This document shows, in pieces, positions 29,178-37,355 of a stretch of 58,597 nucleotides of DNA. The notes under the pieces are model-generated. The model did not search any database. It was not told where the DNA came from and saw only the letters and a list, made by a program, of their open reading frames with translations. A program made the position numbers and the translations under genes. Position 1 is the first letter of the stretch; each line of letters opens with the position of its first letter. Source of the DNA: an uncultured Spirochaetota bacterium (GTDB lineage: Bacteria; Spirochaetota; Spirochaetia; Treponematales; Rectinemataceae); assembly GCA_963828175.1 (NCBI GenBank), contig CAWHFT010000126.1, positions 1 through 58,597 on the forward strand, read 5' to 3'.

Positions 29178-29342
29178 TTACCCCCACAAAAATCTTTCGG
29201 AGAAAAAATCTTCAAAACCTTTCTCGAGCCCAGCGCTCTCGACATCGAAACGGTCGCCGGCAAGCTTCTTTAGAAATGCCTCGCCCATCTGGCTACTTGT
29301 CGAATTGTGTGTGCAGAGCATTGGGACCTTGGTCGTTGTCAT
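29178..29342 (-). pseudogene. Truncated paralogous copy of the arsC (LMW-PTP type) 5' end, 54 codons
   Basis: [42 protein letters not shown] matches residues 1-40 of the neighbouring ArsC fusion ([40 protein letters not shown]). The CX5R arginine is replaced by Ser. AAAGGAG lies upstream. Confidence 0.6.
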
Positions 29343-29400
29343 GGAAGGCTCCTTTCCCGGAAGGATGATTGAAATAGCAAAGCGAGGACATCACCACACC

Positions 29401-30444
29401 CTACCGGGGAATACAAAAATTATTGGGTTTCTGAATACATTTTTTTAATACTTCAAACATCCCATCGATTCCAAGTCGAGAAAATGAGGCATCTTCATTG
29501 CACAAGTGTTCGTAATAGTCTCTGTAGCATCGATCAATCTCCTCTTGGCTTTGCTCCGGTTTAACCATGAATATCTTTAAATAATCTTGGACCATTCCTT
29601 TTTTCCCCGTGCAGTTGCCTTCCGTCAAGTCAAAGAAGTCACTTTGATAGCTCAAAAAACAATGCGTCCTCGGGATAAAGGCAATCCCCGCTTCCTCAAG
29701 GATACTTGCGACATCGGGAATAACGGCTTCAGTCAATGGATAGAAGCCTTCATATTTGCGGGCCGGCACATCCATCTCTTCGGCCAGTCTGGCAATGATC
29801 CCGTGCTTCGTCGTACACGTTCCGAATCCATCGCGCAGTAGGATCATCGAGTCGTCAGACGAAGCGTTGAACCCATAGGGCAAGTCACGCACATAGCTTG
29901 CAGCTTCTTGGAAAGTTCGGATACCACGATCGAAAAAAGCTCGGGAAACCTCCCCGTTATCGGCGATTTCGGCTGGAGGCAATTCAGACGCCGGCGAAAA
30001 ATCAATATGAATCATGTTTCTAGTTGCGTGCCGCCCCACGAAATCTTTAATCGCTTCTTCGATCTGATCCCGTACTTGCCTCACTTGCGCCATGATCTCG
30101 CCGTCGGTCCCTGCGAAAGTCGAGGGATCGGCAAATGGCCAATGAAGTTTTTCCGAGAGCCCAGGGAATATAGGGCACCTCTCGGCCGCTTCCTTCGAGC
30201 AAACGGTGACCACTATTTGATAGACTCGTTTCTCGTTGAACAGGTCGAAGACACTTTTCGTCTCGTTGTGCGAGATGTCGATACCTGCTTCGGCCATCGC
30301 GCGGACTACGTAGGGGTTTAGCCGCCCCTTCTCAAGGCCCGCGCTCTCGACCTCAAAGTGATCGCCCGCCATCTTTTTCAGGAAAGCCTCGGCCATCTGA
30401 CTTCTCGCCGAGTTGTGGACGCAGAGGAAAAGGACTTTGGTCAC
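29401..30444 (-). CDS. arsC: Fusion protein: thioredoxin-coupled arsenate reductase (LMW-PTP ArsC) plus a C-terminal transglutaminase-like Cys-His-Asp domain
   Basis: N-terminal CVHNSARS P-loop and [11 protein letters not shown] cysteine pair. The C-terminal half has [30 protein letters not shown] and [16 protein letters not shown], which resemble a transglutaminase core. GTG start at 30444 after AAGGAG. Confidence 0.7.
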   Translation of the reverse strand: MTKVLFLCVHNSARSQMAEAFLKKMAGDHFEVESAGLEKGRLNPYVVRAMAEAGIDISHNETKSVFDLFNEKRVYQIVVTVCSKEAAERCPIFPGLSEKLHWPFADPSTFAGTDGEIMAQVRQVRDQIEEAIKDFVGRHATRNMIHIDFSPASELPPAEIADNGEVSRAFFDRGIRTFQEAASYVRDLPYGFNASSDDSMILLRDGFGTCTTKHGIIARLAEEMDVPARKYEGFYPLTEAVIPDVASILEEAGIAFIPRTHCFLSYQSDFFDLTEGNCTGKKGMVQDYLKIFMVKPEQSQEEIDRCYRDYYEHLCNEDASFSRLGIDGMFEVLKKCIQKPNNFCIPR

Positions 30445-30936
30445 ATGGCGCTCCTTTTCGGGAAAGCCGATTCAAGTCGCCTCTCCCGACCCCGCCGAAT
30501 ACTGCGATCGCGAGTTCGAAGTTGTTGATGGCCGCAGTAAAGGAAAGGGTCACTGTTTTACTGTTGCCAGTTCCAATCGCTTTCGAGAATGAAAATGAGA
30601 TTCCCCTCCCTTCAGGCTAAACATGACAAGGATGGTGAACAGGAGCGCCACTAGGGTGATCGGCGAGATCCGCGGAATGAAGCTCTTCCGATACCAGGAA
30701 TCGCCCCTGGAGCGGCGTAGGAAGAACCAGGAGAGGAACGGCATCGCCGTTCGCAAGGTCGTTCCAGACGATGACCATGGCGATGCAGCGCGCAAGGCCG
30801 ATGATGGCCCCGCCATATACTCGGGCTTATCTCGGAGAAAGAAGATGGCGAGGGCGGTCATGAGGATCGGCCAACGGTCTAAAACAGAGAGGCGCCGGGG
30901 TGCCTCCGAGGAAGTTCGGGCTTCAACTGGCGGCAT
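30445..30936 (-). pseudogene. acr3: Collapsed ACR3-family arsenite efflux gene (internal deletions and frame change)
   Basis: RRLSVLDRWPILMTALAIF (N-terminus), WYRKSFIPRISPITLVALLFTILVMFSLKG (mid) and, in another frame, TAAINNFELAIAVFGGVG (C-terminal motif). About 160 codons remain, against ~350 expected. Confidence 0.65.
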
Positions 30937-31801
30937 GGGCGGGTTTCCGCGCGCGAACGAATGTGCTCGCGAAACGTCCAACAATGTCCGCAACAGTTGC
31001 CGCTCCAAGTCGTGCGGTCCATGCGGGAAGGTCGAGCTGAAGATCGTCGACCGCGTAACGGCGAGTGATCTCGAGCGAGACGTCGGCAAATCCGGCGCTG
31101 GCAAGGCCAGCCCGATACTCAGAATCGGTGAGCGCCCCGGCTATGCAGCCTGCCCAGGAAGACATATCGCGGCGGAACTGATCGTCTTGCACGATTTCGG
31201 CTGGCAAACCACCATGGATGACAATGTCGGACACGGCGAACATGCCGCCGGCTTTGAGAACGCGAAAGGCCTCGGCGAACACAGGATCCTTATCCGCAGC
31301 AAGGTTGATGACGCAGTTCGAGATGATGATGTCCACGCTCGCATCCGGCAGAGGGATCGAGGCGATGTCGCCTTTGAGAAATTTGACGTTCTTGACACCT
31401 GCCTCGGCGGCGTTCTTACGGGCCAATTCGAGCATCTCGTCGGTCATGTCGAGGCCATAGGCGAAGCCTGAGGGTCCGACGCGGCGGGCGGACAGGAGCA
31501 CGTCGATGCCTCCTCCTGAACCAAGGTCGAGGACGATCTGGCCTACCTCGAGGCGCGCTAGAGCTGTCGGGTTACCACAGCCAAGAGACGCAAGCGCTGC
31601 CTTCAATGGCACGCCCTCGAGTTCATCCAGAGCGTACAGGTCGCTCGATATAGAGTCCTTGGCAAGATCTCCACCACAGCAGCGGCTTGAGCTGCCTTTT
31701 GGCCCACAGCAGCTCGTATTCGAGCCGGCGAGAACGCTGGTGGCCACGGCACCATACCGGCCGCGAACCGCTTCAACAACCGTTTGCTTGTCGATCGCCA
31801 T
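30923..31801 (-). CDS. arsM: Arsenite S-adenosylmethionine methyltransferase
   Basis: N-terminal CC...CC cysteines, SAM motif VLDLGSGGGIDV, ISNCVINL and GCIAGA. The start MAIDKQ follows AGGAAGGAG. Confidence 0.85.
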   Translation of the reverse strand: MAIDKQTVVEAVRGRYGAVATSVLAGSNTSCCGPKGSSSRCCGGDLAKDSISSDLYALDELEGVPLKAALASLGCGNPTALARLEVGQIVLDLGSGGGIDVLLSARRVGPSGFAYGLDMTDEMLELARKNAAEAGVKNVKFLKGDIASIPLPDASVDIIISNCVINLAADKDPVFAEAFRVLKAGGMFAVSDIVIHGGLPAEIVQDDQFRRDMSSWAGCIAGALTDSEYRAGLASAGFADVSLEITRRYAVDDLQLDLPAWTARLGAATVADIVGRFASTFVRARKPAHAAS

Positions 31802-31823
31802 ACTACTCTCCTTCCTCATTACT

Positions 31824-31855
31824 CCCTATATATCGATAAATATCAATATATAGGG
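31824..31855. promoter_or_regulatory. Perfect 10-12-10 inverted repeat (CCCTATATAT-N12-ATATATAGGG), candidate ArsR operator/promoter of arsM
   Basis: It lies in the 87-nt arsR-arsM gap, 23-54 nt upstream of the arsM ATG, and is AT-rich with TATAT elements. Confidence 0.45.
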
Positions 31856-31888
31856 CATGAAACTTGCCTATCCGACAGACTTTATTCC

Positions 31889-32344
31889 CTACCTTTTTCC
31901 AAGTCCAGAAATGAGTTCAAGACAGTTGCGTACTTCCTCGAGACTCTCTTCGCGAAGGAAGTAGTAAACCCATTGACCACGCTTATGCGAGGCGATAAGG
32001 CCGCTTTCTCGCAACACTCGCAGATGGTGCGAGACTGTTGGCTGCTTTGGACGCTCCCCTGTCGCTTCATCGGGACGGCCTACTGTTCCCTCGAAGTCGC
32101 AAACACACACCTCCCCCGCCCGTTGGGCCAAAATGTCGAGGATTTGCAGCCTCGCAGGGTCACCGAGCGCCTTGAAAAGGAGGGCTAGCCGAGCGCTTCG
32201 CTTGTCGTCAAGGCGGAGGGCCTTCCGCGGGAACCCACAGCATTGACCGGGTCCGCGTGGTTCTTCGAGTTGAATAAGATCCTGATCAACCGGCGCCTTG
32301 TTCCAAAGGACCCATTCTCGTGTCCCCTTGTGTGCAGCGGACAA
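31889..32344 (-). CDS. arsR: ArsR/SmtB family metalloregulator
   Basis: LFKALGDPARLQILDIL, EVCVCDF (metalloid-binding Cys pair) and TVSHHLRVLRESGLI, plus an N-terminal QCCG pair. The start is uncertain. Confidence 0.8.
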   Translation of the reverse strand: MSAAHKGTREWVLWNKAPVDQDLIQLEEPRGPGQCCGFPRKALRLDDKRSARLALLFKALGDPARLQILDILAQRAGEVCVCDFEGTVGRPDEATGERPKQPTVSHHLRVLRESGLIASHKRGQWVYYFLREESLEEVRNCLELISGLGKR

Positions 32345-32359
32345 TCTTCCGTGCTCAGT

Positions 32360-32737
32360 CTAAGTGCAGCTTCCAACAAATGCCTTGCGCACCGCCTCCC
32401 TGACAGCTTCGGGCGTAAATGGTTTTTCCAGATAGCAGGTGATGCCGAACTGACGAGAGAATCCCGAGAGTGAATCGCCCTGCAGGGGAATTCTCCCCGA
32501 CATGGCGACCACCGCGAGCCCCGGCACCTTGCACAGGCTTTCCATAATGAGGCTCAGACCGCCTTTCCCAGGCATAACGAGATCGACGAAGGCCACCTCG
32601 GGCTTCTCCCGCTCTAGGGCCGCAAGGGCAGTTTCGGCATCCACCGCCTCGATCATCCGATGCCCTGCAGGGGCGAGAATGCGAGAGAGTATGTCCCTTA
32701 TCGCTTCTTCATCATCGACGACGAGGATGGTGGCCAC
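32360..32737 (-). CDS. Single-domain response regulator (CheY-like receiver)
   Basis: ILVVDDEEAIRDIL...VDLVMPGKGG...VVAMSG...LEKPF. Confidence 0.85.
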   Translation of the reverse strand: MATILVVDDEEAIRDILSRILAPAGHRMIEAVDAETALAALEREKPEVAFVDLVMPGKGGLSLIMESLCKVPGLAVVAMSGRIPLQGDSLSGFSRQFGITCYLEKPFTPEAVREAVRKAFVGSCT

Positions 32738-33008
32738 GGCTTCCCCTTCTAATGCGCCCTGTGAGAGATTTTATGGTTATAGATAGAATAAATCAAGTTT
32801 GCGGACGCATAGTAAAGAGCCAGCGGGCCGTTAAAGTCCCGGCCGACTTTAACAAGAGATTCCTCAATAATATTCCCGTTTCAGCTTTTATCGGGAAAAC
32901 CGGGAATGGAGGTGCACTTGTAAGGCCACCAAAACGGACATAAAATCATATCATGTTGTATCAACGATACATGAACATCAAGCCCGCTTCTCGAGACTGT
33001 GAGGTACG

Positions 33009-33497
33009 ATGACCGAGAAGACAATCGAAGCGAAATACGAAGAACTCTACGAAGAAGCAAAAAAGATATTCATCGACAATGACATATGTGGCTTCAAAAA
33101 AAATGGCGGCATCTGCAACCGAGAAAGGGGGAAGTCCGTTCCTGACCCGTATTGCTGTTGCAGCGGAAATGATAGAGGTACGGCAAGTCCGAAAAAAGGC
33201 AAATATGGATACCATTGCCGCTACTTCAAGGAAGGAGACGGCTGCTCGGTGCATTCTTTGATGTGCAAATGCTGGTATTGCGACGATAGCAATCTGAAGA
33301 ATAGTGTTGGAATCGGTCAATCCAGAAAACTGCAACTGATAAAACATAAAGCCAACAAATATGGATTTTTTGCCTTCCGTGGAATATTTAAAGACGCCAT
33401 TAAAGCTCATAAAATACGGTACAAGTTATTGATCAAGGCAAAAAGTTTCGAGAAGCTCGATATGGAGCATCGTCTAAAATGCCCAACGAAGGTGTAA
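33009..33497 (+). CDS. Hypothetical cysteine-rich, lysine-rich protein (162 aa)
   Basis: Ten Cys between residues 27 and 91 (C27, C36, CCC49-51, C70, C79, C86-x-C88-xx-C91). GAGG lies upstream of the ATG, in low-GC context. The overlapping antisense ORF has no RBS. Confidence 0.45.
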   Translation: MTEKTIEAKYEELYEEAKKIFIDNDICGFKKNGGICNRERGKSVPDPYCCCSGNDRGTASPKKGKYGYHCRYFKEGDGCSVHSLMCKCWYCDDSNLKNSVGIGQSRKLQLIKHKANKYGFFAFRGIFKDAIKAHKIRYKLLIKAKSFEKLDMEHRLKCPTKV

Positions 33498-33610
33498 CTC
33501 GTGGACCTTTGATTTCTGTCTGCGGGTCCATACCTCGAAGCTCTGCTTCGATCTTCCTAGCAATTCATCTGCCGGGTATGGACCCGCATACAATCCATTC
33601 CTTGCAGAGC

Positions 33611-33645
33611 GAACGATACCCCGGAGCTCTGCTCCGGGGTCGTTC
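33611..33645. terminator. Strong GC-rich hairpin between convergent genes
   Basis: GAACGA-TA-CCCCGGAGC tct GCTCCGGGG-TCGTTC: a 9+6 bp stem with a 3-nt loop and no clear U-tract. Confidence 0.4.
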
Positions 33646-33747
33646 ATTGTACGCAGGAAACGTTTTTACTTGGAGGCCGTCAAACGACCTCTCCTCCCCA
33701 ACTTCGAGCGCATCAGTAGTAATGCGGGCGGGCATGGGGCCCGTGCC

Positions 33748-34143
33748 TTAGTTCTTAACACTTGCTGTTGCATCGGCAGCCTTGCTAAGTATATCCGCTA
33801 GTTTTTTCAGCGTCTCTTGAGGTAGCAGATCTATCTTCCCTTGAAGCTCGCTGACGAGGGTCTCGATTTTTGCAATCTGCTCCGTGTTCTGTTGAATAGT
33901 GTCCATTTTCGAGGATACATCGTCGACCGTCGTCTTGAGCTCATCTAGCCGTGCATTTTGCTGAGTGACCGAATCATCCATCTTTGTTTGCAATCCATCG
34001 ACAACCGTTTTGAGGTCGTTTAACCGGGAATCCTGATCGTTCACCGAAGCAACCGTGGCTACGCCCATTGCCTTCCACATACTGGCGCAGCTCGATGCGG
34101 CGAAGATGCTCACGATTCCGATAACAACGCTTGCCTTTCTCAT
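33748..34143 (-). CDS. Predicted lipoprotein with coiled-coil repeats
   Basis: MRKASVVIGIVSIFAASSC lipobox, then a repeated unit (RLNDLKTVVDGLQTKMDD / RLDELKTTVDDVSSKMDT). AAGGGGG precedes the ATG at 34143. Confidence 0.65.
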   Translation of the reverse strand: MRKASVVIGIVSIFAASSCASMWKAMGVATVASVNDQDSRLNDLKTVVDGLQTKMDDSVTQQNARLDELKTTVDDVSSKMDTIQQNTEQIAKIETLVSELQGKIDLLPQETLKKLADILSKAADATASVKN

Positions 34144-34309
34144 GTGGCCCCCTTGCATCGCATCCTCAATTCAACACCGACGCCGACAGTTTATGACATC
34201 GAACTACAGAGCAAAAACAATTTGTAGATCGAATAAGTATCCGTATGGCGACTCAAAAGGTATCAAAAAAGACCTCATATACACAAAAGAAAGGTTTTGT
34301 AGTATAGAC

Positions 34310-34411
34310 ATTGTGGGGACGAGCCGGTACCTGGGGCACGCGGATCCGGCGACGACTCTGCGGTACTATGTCCACGAGAGTCTGACGAATATGGACCTGG
34401 ACTTAGAGTAG
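34310..34411 (+). pseudogene. 3'-terminal remnant of a tyrosine recombinase (phage-type integrase)
   Basis: SRYLGHADPATTLRYYVHES matches the LGH...T..Y.H catalytic-Tyr box. No upstream catalytic R/H-x-x-R region is present. Confidence 0.5.
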
Positions 34412-34564
34412 AGCTCACTCCTTCTCGATAACTCGTTCCCCGACCGAGAAAAGGATAAATATCCTCGCATAACGCAAGGTACGCAAAGTCAGGAATTCCA
34501 AAGAAGGAACCATGCCCAGGCATATCGGCTTGACGTCCTCGCGGGGCCCACGTAGGATTCGTGT

Positions 34565-35122
34565 ATGGGAAACCTTCCTTGGATCGTTTTCGTGGTAGGG
34601 TCCGCGCCGATTATATTTATATCGCGCCGCTCCCTTCTTAAGCCCGCGCACCACGGTTTTTGGCGGTTCTTTGTTTTTGAGCTTTGCTTCGCCCTCGTCT
34701 GCCGCGGCCTCCCCACCTGGTTCGCAGATCCCTTCATCGCCAGGCAGTTGGTTTCATGGCCCCTATTGGCCCTTTCTATCCTCCTCGCGGTCCTGCCGCC
34801 TCTGCACTTCAAAAAGTACGGCGGTAATAGGGCAGGGCCAGCAGAAGACGAGGCCAACTACCACTTCGAGAACACCGGACGGGTCGTCAGCTCGGGGATC
34901 TTCGCCTATATTCGTCATCCAATGTACACGTCGCTCATCTGCCTCGCGTGGGGGGCCGCGCTAAAGGTGGTCGATGCGGCCTCGATCGCCCTCGCGGTTG
35001 TCGCGACCTCCTTGGCCGTGGTCACCGCCCTGGTCGAGGAGGTCGAGGATCTTCGCAACTTCGGACCCGAGTACGCGACATATATGAAGAAGAGCCGGCG
35101 CTTTATCCCCTTCGTCTTCTGA
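34565..35122 (+). CDS. Isoprenylcysteine carboxyl / phospholipid methyltransferase family membrane protein
   Basis: VVSSGIFAYIRHPMYTSLI and EEVEDLRNFGPEYATYMKKSRRFIP, which is the characteristic ICMT/PEMT C-terminal signature. Confidence 0.75.
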   Translation: MGNLPWIVFVVGSAPIIFISRRSLLKPAHHGFWRFFVFELCFALVCRGLPTWFADPFIARQLVSWPLLALSILLAVLPPLHFKKYGGNRAGPAEDEANYHFENTGRVVSSGIFAYIRHPMYTSLICLAWGAALKVVDAASIALAVVATSLAVVTALVEEVEDLRNFGPEYATYMKKSRRFIPFVF

Positions 35123-35237
35123 CGGGAAACCCGACAATGAAGATTATCGGGCTTTCTGGAGGCGCATCTCTTTGCGAGCGAGATGACCCTTCGACTGAAT
35201 ACGCCCCGATAAAAACCAGTAAATTCCCTCGGCGAGT

Positions 35238-37322
35238 CTACGTCTTCCTGATGAGCATCAGGCTGACATCATCCGCGTAACTCCCGCCATAGGCCTTCCT
35301 GTCGCCGTTCTCGGCGAAGGCTTTCAGCCGCTCGAGTATGGCTTGCTTCGTGGCGGATAGGCTCTCCTTCGATGCCTCCCGAAGCGCTTCCTTGAGACCA
35401 TTCACTCCGAAGAATCGGTCGTTCATGTCTCGAGCCTCGATGAGGCCGTCGGTGTATAGGAGAAGGATGTCCCCCTTCTTCATCGAGAAGCTGCCCTTTG
35501 AACCGCCGGAAGAGGCATACTCAGAAATGCCTTGGAAGGCTGCCCTCCCCTGCATCCCTTCAATTTCGTCTATCGCGCCGGAATCAACCCGATGGACGAG
35601 GCCTATCAGGTGCGAGCCGGCGTAGGAGATAGTGCCTTCCCTCTCGGTAAGGATATTGCAGGTCATGAACTTGTCGCTCCCGATCCTGTTCCTATTGATC
35701 TCGATAAGGACGGCATTCACGATATCGTAGAGGGACGATACTTCGAGCTCGTAGCCGGCGATCTCGCTCGTACGTAATGCTGCGTGGAAGGCGGCCATAT
35801 GGACGAGGGCCATGATCCCCGCGGGAAGCCCATGCCCGGCCACGTCGGCGATATCGATAAAGCCACCATAATTCGTCTTCACAAAATCGTAGAGGTCGCC
35901 GCCGACCTCGGACGCGGTGATCATCTGGGCCTCGGCCTCGTAACCCACCATTTCGAGGTTCTTGGGGAGGATCGATGTCTGGATGCCCTTGGCGATATCC
36001 ATTTCCCGGGTAAGGCGGTTTTTGTCGTCCAGCATTCGCTTGCTATCGATTATGGTGAAAACGAGCGAGAGATTCCTCACGAGGGACTTAAGGATGACGT
36101 CCTCCTGTGGGAATATGCGGTCGAAATCGCTTTTAAAGAGGACTATCATACCCCGTAGGTCCTCCTGGTTGTAGATCGGCTGGAGGACGATTAGCTTGAA
36201 GAGCCGATCGAGGCTGAGAGGCAGGTCCTCGACGCGAACTTGTGACTTCGTTTCGACCATCTTCTTGATCGCCTTTTCGGCGAAGCCGAGCTCCGACTCC
36301 GCCGCCTGTGTTATGCGGGAGAGGTCGAATACCTGGGACATGATTTGGCTATGGAGCACTTCGGCCCTCATTTGCTTGATATTCTCGACGTCCTTGAGAG
36401 GCGTGCAATACTCAACGATGAATTCTTCCCTGTCTACGGCCAGGAGATCGCCAGCCCTTCTGAAGGCCATCATCGATCGGAAGACGAGGTCGGTCTTTAC
36501 GAAGCTCTTCTGAAATTGCTCGCGACAGGCTGATAGCGTGTCGCCGATGAGTTTTACGTCTTCCTCGGGCGAGGAGAGGAGCACGCGGTTGAGGAGCTCC
36601 GTGCGGCCCTGCTCAAACTCGAGCTGACGGACATGGATATCGTTGACGTGGCCCATGCGATAGACAAAGTATTCCTGAAAAATCCGTATCGCGAAGACCG
36701 CGTTGTTCGCCATGAACAGGAGGATGAAGATAGGGGACCCGGCATCGGCTACCCACGAGGCCACGAGGACGACCGTGGAGACGGCGGCGCCCGTGTAAAA
36801 GGTGTAGGATACGCGCCTGACGATACCCTTCTGGAGGTCAAACACGAAATTCGAGAAAAGGTAGGAGACAGACACGGCGACCGAGGCGACAACCCTTATA
36901 AAAAACAGGTAAACCCCGGAATTACTCGATGAGAAATCCAGCGAGATGTTGAGCGCCCAGCAGCCGGCTAGGGCCGCCGCGGCGACGACGACGACGACGA
37001 CGAGCCAGAGCGCCTTGCGCACAAAATCCTTTACGAGGAGATTCTTGTTGATGCGCTGGACGTGGACCGAGTACTCGAGGATGAAAAACAGGGGCGCGTA
37101 GAGCGCCTGGAGGGTGAAGACAAGCGGGAAGCCGCGCCTCTCGTCCTTGCCGACGGCGAAAAGGGAGATCAACGCGGCGACGCCGATCAGAACGAAGAAC
37201 GCGAGCGCGCCCAGAAGGATGCGGGGTCGAGTTCCGTATTCCTTACGTTTACTGGCGTCGTACCAAAGCGGCGTGCAGAACGCGAGGATGAAAACGAAGG
37301 ATAATAGGTAAACCTGCTTCAT
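35238..37322 (-). CDS. Membrane-bound PP2C (SpoIIE-type) serine phosphatase, SiaA/RsbU-like
   Basis: About 7 N-terminal TM segments and a central linker. The C-terminal PP2C blocks are ASEVGGDLYDF, DVAGHGLPAG and LLLYTDGLIEA. Confidence 0.85.
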   Translation of the reverse strand: MKQVYLLSFVFILAFCTPLWYDASKRKEYGTRPRILLGALAFFVLIGVAALISLFAVGKDERRGFPLVFTLQALYAPLFFILEYSVHVQRINKNLLVKDFVRKALWLVVVVVVAAAALAGCWALNISLDFSSSNSGVYLFFIRVVASVAVSVSYLFSNFVFDLQKGIVRRVSYTFYTGAAVSTVVLVASWVADAGSPIFILLFMANNAVFAIRIFQEYFVYRMGHVNDIHVRQLEFEQGRTELLNRVLLSSPEEDVKLIGDTLSACREQFQKSFVKTDLVFRSMMAFRRAGDLLAVDREEFIVEYCTPLKDVENIKQMRAEVLHSQIMSQVFDLSRITQAAESELGFAEKAIKKMVETKSQVRVEDLPLSLDRLFKLIVLQPIYNQEDLRGMIVLFKSDFDRIFPQEDVILKSLVRNLSLVFTIIDSKRMLDDKNRLTREMDIAKGIQTSILPKNLEMVGYEAEAQMITASEVGGDLYDFVKTNYGGFIDIADVAGHGLPAGIMALVHMAAFHAALRTSEIAGYELEVSSLYDIVNAVLIEINRNRIGSDKFMTCNILTEREGTISYAGSHLIGLVHRVDSGAIDEIEGMQGRAAFQGISEYASSGGSKGSFSMKKGDILLLYTDGLIEARDMNDRFFGVNGLKEALREASKESLSATKQAILERLKAFAENGDRKAYGGSYADDVSLMLIRKT

Positions 37323-37355
37323 GGAGCCTCCTGCAACGACAGATTATTCGCAGCG

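Noticed and set aside
28807-29187. 126-aa minus-strand ORF as a transposase fragment
   Set aside because: I recognise no family signature. Only the short PPDFVLVSGDL piece in a neighbouring frame hints at a metallophosphoesterase scrap, which is too weak to annotate.
32961-33410. 149-aa minus-strand ORF overlapping the Cys-rich gene
   Set aside because: It has no Shine-Dalgarno sequence and is Phe/Ile-rich as expected from the antisense of a Lys/Glu-rich gene. I favour the plus-strand ORF, which has a GAGG RBS, though only with moderate confidence.
36984-37001. (GAC)6 trinucleotide repeat inside the PP2C gene as a phase-variation tract
   Set aside because: It is in-frame, encoding a Val6 stretch in a TM helix, so length changes would not switch the gene off. 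Six units is short.
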